DNA of 64,000 nt from Planctomycetota bacterium (GTDB taxonomy: Bacteria; Planctomycetota; SZUA-567; H5-PLA8): positions 30,765 to 94,764 of the forward strand of contig DASPJR010000088.1 of assembly GCA_035628505.1 (NCBI GenBank), written 5' to 3'. Of the stretch, positions 22,401 to 30,052 are shown piece after piece (position 1 is the stretch's first letter; each line of letters starts with the position of its first letter). The translations under genes were made by a program, and so were the position numbers. A model generated the notes under the pieces. That model was not told the origin of the DNA. It saw only the letters and a list, made by a program, of their open reading frames with translations, and made no database searches.

Positions 22401-23342
22401 GAAGGATATTCGGTCTACAACCTTCTGCTCCTCTCGCCTGGTCTCAAGATCGTAGTGGCAGGCCACGCATCCGATACTCAGATAAAGCTTTCTGCCGCGC
22501 CGGTGATCGCCTGCCGGGGTCACTGCTGCTTTCGCGCTATTTTCCGTCAGAAGAAAATCGGCAATCAACCGCCGTTCAATGGCGCCATCGCGATCAGGCT
22601 TGAACAAGCTCGGCATTCTTGCTGCAGGGTGCGCCTCTGCTGGATTATTTAAAAACGAAACGAGCCATTCGCGCGAAACACGCGCACCCAGGCCGCTCAG
22701 CGACGGACCGGGTGGCGCATCCTGTAGTGCAGGGAATGCGCCGGCGTGGCACTGTGCGCAGCCGAGTCGGCTCGCCGCGTTGCGCCCTTCCATCGCCAAG
22801 CTATCCAGCCGGACAGTTTCCGGAATTTCCTGCGGCACATGCTTGAACACCCACGCAGGAATTGGTTCGCGCGAAAAGGTTGCGCCCTGCCACCAGAGTT
22901 GCAGACGAGCCGGCACGTTCGCAAGCGAGCGGTAATCGATGCTGATCCGGTAGCGGCCGGCGCGGCGCACAAGAGACTGCTCCGAGCGGACCTGGGCTGA
23001 TTCGCTTTCACCGCGGCCTTTGAGAACCTCATCGCCGTCGATTTTGACGGTCAATTCGCCGCCGACGAAGGCATCAAATAAAAAAGGGGCATCCCCGCGA
23101 AGGACTATCACTCCTTCAAAGGACGCGCTGAATACGCCGGAAGGCAAGCGCGGGTGCGGGCTGGAGTTTCCAAACGAGAACGCCGGCTTCGGCTCGATCC
23201 GCGATACAGTGGCTCCCTCCGGAGATCGATATGTTGCGACGAGCCCAGGCGAAAGTGACTTCGGATTGATCGGCGCAGCATCGCCTGCGTTTGCAGCAGC
23301 AGTTGCAAGCATCGCCAGAATGAGTGTGCAGGTGAGACGCAT
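19413..23342 (-). CDS. Multi-heme c-type cytochrome / PVC-type dehydrogenase (1309 aa, five CxxCH motifs plus a beta-propeller)
   Basis: Signal peptide. CxxCH motifs GCAQCHAG, GCVACHYD, GCAACHAG, GCFRCHSV, CVSCHTW. C-terminal region resembles a sorbosone/glucose-dehydrogenase-like propeller. Confidence 0.7.
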   Translation of the reverse strand: MRLTCTLILAMLATAAANAGDAAPINPKSLSPGLVATYRSPEGATVSRIEPKPAFSFGNSSPHPRLPSGVFSASFEGVIVLRGDAPFLFDAFVGGELTVKIDGDEVLKGRGESESAQVRSEQSLVRRAGRYRISIDYRSLANVPARLQLWWQGATFSREPIPAWVFKHVPQEIPETVRLDSLAMEGRNAASRLGCAQCHAGAFPALQDAPPGPSLSGLGARVSREWLVSFLNNPAEAHPAARMPSLFKPDRDGAIERRLIADFLLTENSAKAAVTPAGDHRRGRKLYLSIGCVACHYDLETRREEQKVVDRISFDGLADRLPAAQLAEFLKNPIVRYPDGRHPQFALSAEAARDLAAYLLLWCKQQAAPATREAPVSDAELDAAVKRLGAPDKSGAAISLLRTKGCAACHAGLPQAEKQMIPLTPEKVAGCLSDSGSVRFKLDESTRKALVAYTSVSTRERHASPVEDRRLLIGRLGCFRCHSVDDRPPPLEEASASVGGAFLQTVPFLRTPRLNNALAKYTREYLSSALRQGVSGVRYKSYSFVMPHYGAHVESIIQALAEMDGDVVSPPSAAKKETDPTLTGPGASLVGFEGYSCVSCHTWNGAQLNEGDPGAVGPDLTTTTQRIRRDWFDRWMDEPARIVPGTVMPQIFTHGQPATIKSVLDGDVARQKEAIWAYLSLGKEAPSPKPLPAVPVDIPPAGAPPLVAQIPIRLPDKANVESICVAYGSHDLLVYDIGALKLRGAYSGAQILRNVRGRTRTFSLAGVALTEFTASSAIDALTSPPQAVELLGYERLADGARIKLLARYAEKSIEGSETFRVTARKLTHEIQWSGLPVKSVTHDLKNVASPPPTNYPQLPDPGPIGGSLERPGYRAIVYPRPKTVTGEDLLMPGAVAVHPIDGRVFVASMKNGELFVLRDQADDGKGAQFENYAGGLFQEVYAMLAEKDGLYVLHRRNVTRITETGGRATNFERVFALPHGIAETYDYGYGLVRDKTGALVISFAPYANRKLPGSGSAIRLIPGEKPEEIAFGFRNPLGWCNGPDSEIFYTDNQGEWVATNKLCHVVKGRYYGFPNPDQKEHATKPPGKTALWVPYAWGRSINGVTYNSGEKFGPFKGQFFLAELMYGGAIIRASLEKVNGEYQGACFPFWGKGLLGPLTLAFDPRGRLFVGSITEPGWMAQPDRGALFRIDFTGQTPFEIHSINVRPQGFRLNFTQAVDAKLAGLPESYAIEHYRYEYTGSYGSPELDRMPLSIEKIAVAADGRSVEIRTGALIRDRVYMIGAAGVKSATGDALVNPHAAYTLNEIPVP

Positions 23343-23512
23343 AGCCGGCCAGCCCCACTCGATTGAGGATTACATCGTGGGGTTGTATTTCCAAAGCGCA
23401 CTCGGCGCAAAGAAAATCATGTGATTCTGCGCTAAACATGAACACGCGCCGTTCATAACGCCAGTACTGCTCTGGGTGAATGCCATTGACGGCGTCGCCT
23501 GGATTGCGCGGT

Positions 23513-24007
23513 TCAGACTGAGATGAGTCTGAGAAGCCAATTAATAACCAGGGCGGCAAGCACCAGCGAGCCCGTGTAGACCTGCAGTCGTCTGGCCCAG
23601 TTCGCCTGCCGCGCGGCAGGGCGACGGTAGAGATAAAAGCGGAAGGGCACCTGTATGACGAAGAAGGCATACAGCAGCAATCCGACGCGGTTGCTTGAAA
23701 ATGAGTGCTCCAGCCGCCCATGCGTTAAGTGCACAAAAGCACGGGTCATCCCGCAGCCCGGGCATTCCGCGCCACACATTTTGCTGATGCACATCGGCGG
23801 CAGTTTATATCTGCCCAGAGATATTTCTTCAGAGTCCGCTTTGCCATTGAGCAGGAATGGCAGCGAGATCATGGCCAGGCTGATCAGAAAATACGTCAGG
23901 TGCGTGGCGCTATCCTGCGGCAAAGCTCTCTCGGGCGAGAAAGCTGCGCGCATCGACGCCGCCAGTCTCGAGATAACAGATGGTCTGCCGAGAGGTATCT
24001 GGTCCAT
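23513..24007 (-). CDS. DUF2752-family small membrane protein, last gene of the ubiquitin-like operon
   Basis: Signature CPGCGMTRAF followed by hydrophobic helices. The ORF-track start (24016) overlaps the E2 stop by 4 nt. An ATG lies 9 nt inside, at 24007. Confidence 0.55.
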   Translation of the reverse strand: MDQIPLGRPSVISRLAASMRAAFSPERALPQDSATHLTYFLISLAMISLPFLLNGKADSEEISLGRYKLPPMCISKMCGAECPGCGMTRAFVHLTHGRLEHSFSSNRVGLLLYAFFVIQVPFRFYLYRRPAARQANWARRLQVYTGSLVLAALVINWLLRLISV

Positions 24008-24012
24008 GCGAC

Positions 24013-24915
24013 TCACGAATTGACCATCACTGCGGGCGCGCAGCGTGTACAGAACATCTGCGAACCTGCGCCGGATTTCACTTTTTGAATGTGCTCAAGG
24101 CATGTGGATTTGCCGCACGCCTGGCACTCCACGATGCAGTCCATGCAGCGGCTGTGTTCGCAGATACTGCAGCGGGCCTGGTGGCGCATGCAGGTTGTCT
24201 GCTGACAGGAGGCGCACTTCATGGCGCATTTCTGACACGTGACTGCCTTGCAGCTCGCGCAGGTCAGCAGCGCGCATTTCAGACAGACGACGGCATCGCA
24301 GAGCTGGCAATGCAGCTTGCAGTTCTCGCAGCAGACGTGGCTGTTCAGACAGACACTCATGCTTTCAGTCGAGCCATTCTTGCCGCAATTGGCGCATGTG
24401 TCGCCAGCGAGCATCTTCCCATCGCTCGACCGGCCGACGGCCTCACCGACGGCAAGCATTGAACCGAAGTCGAACGTGTCCAGGGGCAGCGAGGCACTGT
24501 TCTCTTCGACCCACTTCGCCGCCTCGCCGTTCAATGGGCTCTTCACGTTGTAGGACTGATACGAGAGCATCTCGGCGATGCGTACGATCAGATTTGCCAG
24601 CGATTCGCCGGCCGCCCAGTGATCGCCGATGCAGATCGCATGCGGCGCAATGTTGGGATGAAACACCGGGGTCAGCATCCGGCACTGCGGCGCCAGGCGC
24701 GGGTACGCGGCAGTGAGGTTGATCTCCACAAGGAACGTGTTGCGAATATGGATCTGCCCATCCATTGCTTTTTCGAGCCCTTTGACGAGGTACTCGATCT
24801 GGTACTTTTCAGGCGGATCCCCAAGCGATTTCTTGATGTGTATGCGCGACTTCTGCGTAAACAGTGTGCACAGACGGTCGTAATCGGCCTTCAAGCGGCG
24901 CAGCCTGACGCTCAT
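24013..24915 (-). CDS. Ubiquitin-conjugating enzyme E2 (UBC fold) with a cysteine-rich C-terminal tail
   Basis: N-terminal helix RLRRLKADYDRL. Core YPRLAPQCRMLTPVFHPNIAPHAICIGDHW...SPLNGEAAKW aligns to the eukaryotic E2 HPN-x(5-6)-ICL-x2-W...SPLN pattern, with a catalytic Cys. The C-terminal ~115 aa contain ~27 Cys in periodic C-x2-C / C-x4-C spacing. Its start overlaps the upstream protease stop (ATGA). Confidence 0.8.
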   Translation of the reverse strand: MSVRLRRLKADYDRLCTLFTQKSRIHIKKSLGDPPEKYQIEYLVKGLEKAMDGQIHIRNTFLVEINLTAAYPRLAPQCRMLTPVFHPNIAPHAICIGDHWAAGESLANLIVRIAEMLSYQSYNVKSPLNGEAAKWVEENSASLPLDTFDFGSMLAVGEAVGRSSDGKMLAGDTCANCGKNGSTESMSVCLNSHVCCENCKLHCQLCDAVVCLKCALLTCASCKAVTCQKCAMKCASCQQTTCMRHQARCSICEHSRCMDCIVECQACGKSTCLEHIQKVKSGAGSQMFCTRCAPAVMVNS

Positions 24916-26222
24916 TTTTCGAGCCCCTCGATCGTGTTCGGCATGAAGTACTTTTCCCGCTCAGCGGGGCTGAGCAGCTTTACGAAGCTCGGCGTAGAGA
25001 TGGCGAAGTTGATGCCTTCTGTCGTGGACTTGTCATGTGTCCAGGTGTTTACGCCGACCAGCATTCCGTCGGAAGCGTACAGACCGCCGCCGCTGTTGCC
25101 CTGGTTAATCGGCGTCTGCGTCTGATAAATTTCCATGGACTGATTGCCGAGCTTACTCGTGCGTACGCCGGAGATAATGCCTTCCGTATAGGACCACGAC
25201 AGTGAAACGGGATTGCCTATCGCAAAGACTTTTTCTCCCGGCGACAGCACGCGCGGCGAGATCTGGATGGGCTTGTATTTGTCCAGCGTGAGCGCCTGGC
25301 AGCCCACGATCGCCAGGTCGACTGCCTCATCCCCTGACCATTCAACCACGCCACTGCTTTCCTCGCCGTTATAGAAGACAATGCGAAGATCGCTGTTGTC
25401 CTTCTTGTCTCCGGCTACGTGCTTGTTTGTCAGAATGTAACACTTGCGATCCTGGCTCTTCAATATCACCCCGGATCCGAAACGCATGCCTTCAAGCACG
25501 CCCGCGTTGTTCTTGATAATCACGTTCGCCCGCATGGCATTGGCAGCGGGTGCAGGCATGCTCTGCAATTGCTGCTCTGAAGGCAGGTTTTCATTCAGCC
25601 GCATATCGGCAGTCTGCTGGCTGGCCGTGTGTTTATGGGCGTAGGCAAGGTAAGCGAAATAGAAAATGAGCAGCAGTCCCGGCGCGCCGATGGATGAAAT
25701 TGCCAGCGGCATTCCACTGCGTCTGTTTTCTGGCGTCGTGATAATAACGAGTGCGATCACGCCCAGCACGGTGGCCGCCAGGCACAGCATGATTCCAAGA
25801 ATCACCAGCTTCTGGTGCCCTGCTACTGCTCCCAGCAACCCAATGGCGCTGAGGCCCGCAACAATCGCTCCGGCGACAGCCAACCGGCTCGTGCTGACAG
25901 GGCCCTTGGGCATGAATGAGGCCGCCACATCCTGCGGCGCCTGCCGGGCCGGGCGCACGGGCACTGTAATATTCGCCAGTTCGTCTTCACGAATGACGAT
26001 GTCCGGCTGGGCGTTGCCGGCGGTCGTGCGCACGGCCGTGTCACAGTGATACGACGCGCAGCCCTGCTTGCGGGCCCAGCAGGTGTCGTGATGAATCGCC
26101 CCGCAGTCGTTGCAGAAGCAGACCATCTGGCCAACGTCCACGGGGGCCTGGCAATACGGGCACGTGTTGCCGGAGTGAAACGTATTGGCGACAATCGGCC
26201 GTGATGGTGCGGAGGTCTTCAT
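24912..26222 (-). CDS. C4HC3 zinc finger + transmembrane segment + trypsin-like (S1, HtrA-like) serine protease fusion
   Basis: N-terminal CPYCQAPVDVGQMVCFCNDCGAIHHDTCWARKQGCASYHC. Two hydrophobic helices. A catalytic-domain-like region follows: ILTNKHVAG...DLAIV...GNSGGGLY (Ser nucleophile context GNSGG). Probable start at the internal ATG 26222. The ORF track extends to a GTG at 26297 that overlaps the upstream gene. Confidence 0.65.
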   Translation of the reverse strand: MKTSAPSRPIVANTFHSGNTCPYCQAPVDVGQMVCFCNDCGAIHHDTCWARKQGCASYHCDTAVRTTAGNAQPDIVIREDELANITVPVRPARQAPQDVAASFMPKGPVSTSRLAVAGAIVAGLSAIGLLGAVAGHQKLVILGIMLCLAATVLGVIALVIITTPENRRSGMPLAISSIGAPGLLLIFYFAYLAYAHKHTASQQTADMRLNENLPSEQQLQSMPAPAANAMRANVIIKNNAGVLEGMRFGSGVILKSQDRKCYILTNKHVAGDKKDNSDLRIVFYNGEESSGVVEWSGDEAVDLAIVGCQALTLDKYKPIQISPRVLSPGEKVFAIGNPVSLSWSYTEGIISGVRTSKLGNQSMEIYQTQTPINQGNSGGGLYASDGMLVGVNTWTHDKSTTEGINFAISTPSFVKLLSPAEREKYFMPNTIEGLEK

Positions 26223-26230
26223 CGAGGCTC

Positions 26231-26842
26231 TCAATCGAAGAGAATCATCAAACCCATCAGGAGCAGCAGAAAACCGCTGATCCCGACAGAACACCACACC
26301 AGAGCTTTGAGTGTGGACGGCAGGCGGCGATAGTCAATACCCATGAATTCCTTCTGGTAGATAAGGACTCCGTTGAGTACCAGTGCCAGAGGTGACAGAC
26401 ACGCAGCTGCCGACAGAAGGAACAGGCCGACAACTTTGTTTCGCGCCGCGTTGTACTCTTTGCCCTCATATTCCCGCGTGAGGTACTCTTCTTTGCTCAC
26501 CACATCGCGTGTTTCAAATGACGCGCCGCAGAAGCGGCACTTGAGCGCCTGCCCCTTGATTGTTTTGCCGCATGCCGGGCAGGGCTTCTCGCCAGCCCAT
26601 GCATTGGTGACGGGCAAGCCCTCTGCATGTTTTGTTGTTTTAGGCGTGCATTCACAGCCATAGGCCGAGCAGCCGCCGTTTTCTTTCCAGCACTCCGTAT
26701 GAAATGGAAGGTTGCACGCCGGGCAGTAAACAATGCGTTCGCCGGCAATCACGCCGGTCTGGCAGATCGAACACAGCTTTCCTGCCGTGCTCGTGCCGGC
26801 CTCAAACTCCTTGGGCAAAGCAGCGGGTTCGGGAGCAGACAT
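26231..26842 (-). CDS. Membrane-anchored C4HC3 (RING/PHD-like) zinc-finger protein with an extra C-terminal zinc ribbon
   Basis: CSICQTGVIAGERIVYCPACNLPFHTECWKENGGCSAYGC, then CPACGKTIKGQALKCRFCG, then two C-terminal TM helices. ATG at 26842 (GGGGAGA upstream) lies 7 nt after the upstream gene's stop. Confidence 0.6.
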   Translation of the reverse strand: MSAPEPAALPKEFEAGTSTAGKLCSICQTGVIAGERIVYCPACNLPFHTECWKENGGCSAYGCECTPKTTKHAEGLPVTNAWAGEKPCPACGKTIKGQALKCRFCGASFETRDVVSKEEYLTREYEGKEYNAARNKVVGLFLLSAAACLSPLALVLNGVLIYQKEFMGIDYRRLPSTLKALVWCSVGISGFLLLLMGLMILFD

Positions 26843-26849
26843 GGCTGTT

Positions 26850-27578
26850 CTATCTCCCCTCGGCCGCAAGACGGATCAATGTAAAGACTGCCTGTGAAAC
26901 CAGGGAGATCAGCAGCAGCTTGCCGCCCTTCTTCTTTCCCTGCACCATCCAAACAATCGCCATGATGCAAGCAATGCCGCCGCACAGAATGCCGAAGGCG
27001 ATTTCCGCACCGGTGAGATTCTCATCATCATCAGCCCCCGCCTGGAGCTTTTTCTGCCTTTCGCGATCCACCGGATCCTGGTACTCGCCGCAAAAGCGGC
27101 ACACGCGCGCTTTTTTCTGAATCTGCTCGCCGCACGAGACACATTCTTTTGTGTCTCCAGCAGGAGCCGAAACGACCGTTCCAATGGCTGCGGCGGACGC
27201 CAACTTTGGCTGCGACGGGCAAGCTGGATGCCCGCAGGCACCTGCTTTCTCACGGCAGGCCTGATGCATGGTGCTGCCGCAGCTCTGACAGTTGCAGACG
27301 TCATCGCCCAGTTCGATTGCAACCGAACAGGACGGACAGGTGCGGCCAAGCAGAGCCTTGTTCGCCTTCATGCGTTCAGGGAAAAAGGGCGGGCCGGGCG
27401 GCGGAGGCAGAGACGGCGCGCCATGAGACGGCGTCAGCGCAAGCGGGTCGGCCGTCAACGGCGGTGCGGCTGCAGCAACGGGCTTGGGAAGTTCCGCTCC
27501 ACAGTACATGCAGGAATTGCTTGTGTTGACTGCAACATTCCTGTCGCAGCTCGTGCACCGGACCGTTTCCCTGTTCAT
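26850..27578 (-). CDS. Membrane-anchored C4HC3 (RING/PHD-like) zinc-finger protein with flanking zinc ribbons
   Basis: CTSCDRNVAVNTSNSCMYCG (ribbon), then CPSCSVAIELGDDVCNCQSCGSTMHQACREKAGACGHPAC (C4HC3), then CVSCGEQIQKKARVCRFCG (ribbon), then a C-terminal TM segment. ATG at 27578. Confidence 0.6.
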   Translation of the reverse strand: MNRETVRCTSCDRNVAVNTSNSCMYCGAELPKPVAAAAPPLTADPLALTPSHGAPSLPPPPGPPFFPERMKANKALLGRTCPSCSVAIELGDDVCNCQSCGSTMHQACREKAGACGHPACPSQPKLASAAAIGTVVSAPAGDTKECVSCGEQIQKKARVCRFCGEYQDPVDRERQKKLQAGADDDENLTGAEIAFGILCGGIACIMAIVWMVQGKKKGGKLLLISLVSQAVFTLIRLAAEGR

Positions 27579-27610
27579 TTCCCCTCTCCCCTGCCCCGCA
27601 TTCAAACGTC

Positions 27611-28690
27611 TCAGGCGCCCTTTGTCTTTTCCGAATATTTCAACACGGCTTCGCCGAGTGAAATGACATCGTTGGATTGAAGCACGTACTTGTCGATGGC
27701 CTTGCCGTTCACGAAAGTTCCCTTGCCGCTGCCTTCATCGGTCAGGATGTATTTGCTGCCGGATTTCATGACGGTGGCGTGCAGCGGCGCAATGTCCGGG
27801 TCCTTGAAAAGGTAAATGTCGGACTTGGGAGACGAACCGATCAGCATCGGATTTTTGAAGACAATGAATTGTTTTCCCGTCAGCGGGCCTTTCAGCATGA
27901 GAAACCAGGCTTCCTTGGACAGGTTTTCGAAGAGCCCGATGAAGATGCCAACGAAGAGTGACACCGCAAAGATGCCCACGAATCTGCTCACGGAACCATC
28001 CGAGGCCTGTCCGAGCACAAAGCGGCTGATGGGATCAAAAAACAAACCGCCGATCAGTCCGCCAATCATTCCCCCGACAAAACCATTCAGCACAAGCTTT
28101 TTGGATTTCAGCGCAATCCCCAGCCCCATCCCCGCGCCCATGCTGACGACCGACCACGCGATAGCCCGCCCGCTCATGAAGATGACGAACGACATGCCTT
28201 TTAACGGAAACTCGCCCGGCGCAGGCGGCGCCTGATTGCGCATGAAAGCCACCGCAATCATGGACGTGATTCCGAAGAGAATATCCGCCACGATGGTGGT
28301 CAGCAGGGTGACGACCAGTCCGACGCCCATTCCCACCGCGCCGCAATAGAGCACCTGTTTCCAGTTGCGATTCATCAATCCGTAAACGGTGCCAATAGAA
28401 AGGCCGAGCGCAGCAGCAACCGGCCCGAAGAGGAGATAATCGGAGACGAAGGGAATCCCGCGCGAATGGCCGTGGTCGCCTTCCCTGTTATACGGTTCAG
28501 TGATTGCCCATACCGTCACGCCGCCGATGACCGAAGCCACTGAGTAATAGAAGATCGGGTTGTAGTAAAACGGCGTCTTAACGTCGGCAGTCTGCTGAGC
28601 GGCCTGGGGCTGCACGGAGCGATGCAGCGCCAGCACATCGTCGATGGCCGGGTCGCGCAGATCGTCTTCCGAAATCATGATGTCGGGCAT
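27611..28690 (-). CDS. Polytopic membrane protein with a C-terminal FHA domain
   Basis: At least six hydrophobic helices, followed by GKQFIVFKNPMLIGSSPKSDIYLFKDPDIAPLHATVMKSGSKYILTDEGSGKGTFVNGKAI...LQSNDVISLG. This is the classic FHA pattern (GR/SxxD..L.D..VS..HA.I...Y.L.D.GS.NGTFVNG). ATG with a GGAGAGGAGA RBS. Confidence 0.7.
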   Translation of the reverse strand: MPDIMISEDDLRDPAIDDVLALHRSVQPQAAQQTADVKTPFYYNPIFYYSVASVIGGVTVWAITEPYNREGDHGHSRGIPFVSDYLLFGPVAAALGLSIGTVYGLMNRNWKQVLYCGAVGMGVGLVVTLLTTIVADILFGITSMIAVAFMRNQAPPAPGEFPLKGMSFVIFMSGRAIAWSVVSMGAGMGLGIALKSKKLVLNGFVGGMIGGLIGGLFFDPISRFVLGQASDGSVSRFVGIFAVSLFVGIFIGLFENLSKEAWFLMLKGPLTGKQFIVFKNPMLIGSSPKSDIYLFKDPDIAPLHATVMKSGSKYILTDEGSGKGTFVNGKAIDKYVLQSNDVISLGEAVLKYSEKTKGA

Positions 28691-28716
28691 CGCTTGTCTC
28701 CTCTCCAGCGCCGTGC

Positions 28717-30021
28717 TTATTTCTTGCTGGGAATCGCGCTGCCGCTTGCGGCGGGCGCGGCCTTTTGTTCCTTGCCATACAGAATTTCCAGCGCCCGCGG
28801 CATCTCCTGTTCGAGGATGGGCTTTATGCCAGGGGAAATACGGAGTGCATTTTCAAGAATCCGGCGTGCTGTTTCCTTTTCCAAGTCGCCAAATTTGGAC
28901 GGATCGGCTTCGTACGGCTTGATGATTTCGCTGGCGCGCTGAACGTACAACATCGCCACAGCCGCGCTCAGTTCATCCTGGTGACGTGACGTAGCAGCGA
29001 CGCGCTGGCTGAGGTTCTGCCGCGAATTCATCATCTGCTCGATGTCGTCGCGGAACTTCGTTCGAGATTTGTTGTAGTGCTGCTCCAGCTTCGCCAACTG
29101 ATCCGTAAGTGCTTTAAGCTCGGTTTGTGCGGCGGCGTCACCAGCCTTGACCTTCTCTCCGATGGTCTGCATTTTTTCACGAATTTCCGCGAAGTCGCGC
29201 GAAGCAAGCGCATTAAGCGCGCTGAATTCGACAATGGAATAGATCTCGCTTTCGAGACTGGCCGTCACTTCTTTCCGGATATCCTGCACCGCCTGGTAAC
29301 GGCCCAGCATCAGCCCGCAACCGAGCGCCACCAGCATGAAAATAAGGGTGGTCAGAAAGCCGGGACCGCTTTCGCCGGAGGAATACTGCACGGGGGTGTC
29401 GTAAGTCGCCGCAGGCTGAGCCGAGCGCCCAGCGGAATTCATCGGCTTGGGACCGTCAACTTCAACAGGCTCGGCAATGCCTGTCGCAAGCTTGATCTGC
29501 CGGCTGCCAACCCAGTAGCGGGACAGGGGCACGCTCTTGCCTTCAATCCAGGCAAAGCAGCCTTCCTCATGCTTTTTCGTTTCAATGACGATTGCGACCT
29601 GGTACGGGAGATTGAAGAAGTTCTCCTGGATGAACATGTCCATTCCGGAAAGGAACACGCCGAACCCCGGATGCGTGTGGTACCAGCCGACGATGCGCTG
29701 TTTGGGATATTCCTTGTCTTTGATGCTGTTGATGTGGTCCCACGTCTGGTGCGTGAAGGTCACCTGCGCGCCGTAATTGTTCGAATGAAGCCCTTCGATG
29801 ACCGCGGTGATGCACAGAAAATAACCTTGCGAATCGCGGCACACGTCTCCGATCAGTACGCCGCACAGCTCGACTTCATTGGTCGTGTTCGCGTGGCTTT
29901 TCATCCGCTCATAGGCACGCTCGTCGATGTGCACGCGGTATTCCGAGGCAATCTGTGTCGGAAAGACCGCCTCTCGCGCATCCTTTTTTTCGATATTTGA
30001 ATAGTCCAGAGTCGCGGCCAT
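28717..30021 (-). CDS. JAB/MPN (JAMM) metalloprotease with a TM helix and a coiled-coil C-terminal extension
   Basis: Perfect JAMM motif: upstream Glu (NEVELCGVLIGD) and HTHPGFGVFLSGMD (H-x-H-x7-S-x2-D). TM helix GFLTTLIFMLVALGCGLMLG. C-terminal ~200 aa are helical and charged. Confidence 0.8.
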   Translation of the reverse strand: MAATLDYSNIEKKDAREAVFPTQIASEYRVHIDERAYERMKSHANTTNEVELCGVLIGDVCRDSQGYFLCITAVIEGLHSNNYGAQVTFTHQTWDHINSIKDKEYPKQRIVGWYHTHPGFGVFLSGMDMFIQENFFNLPYQVAIVIETKKHEEGCFAWIEGKSVPLSRYWVGSRQIKLATGIAEPVEVDGPKPMNSAGRSAQPAATYDTPVQYSSGESGPGFLTTLIFMLVALGCGLMLGRYQAVQDIRKEVTASLESEIYSIVEFSALNALASRDFAEIREKMQTIGEKVKAGDAAAQTELKALTDQLAKLEQHYNKSRTKFRDDIEQMMNSRQNLSQRVAATSRHQDELSAAVAMLYVQRASEIIKPYEADPSKFGDLEKETARRILENALRISPGIKPILEQEMPRALEILYGKEQKAAPAASGSAIPSKK

Positions 30022-30052
30022 CGCCGAGGGTCCTCATTAAAAACGGTCATTG

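Noticed and set aside
29077-30000. 307-aa plus-strand ORF
   Set aside because: It lies entirely antisense to the JAB/MPN gene, which has an intact JAMM motif. It has no start context or recognisable domain.
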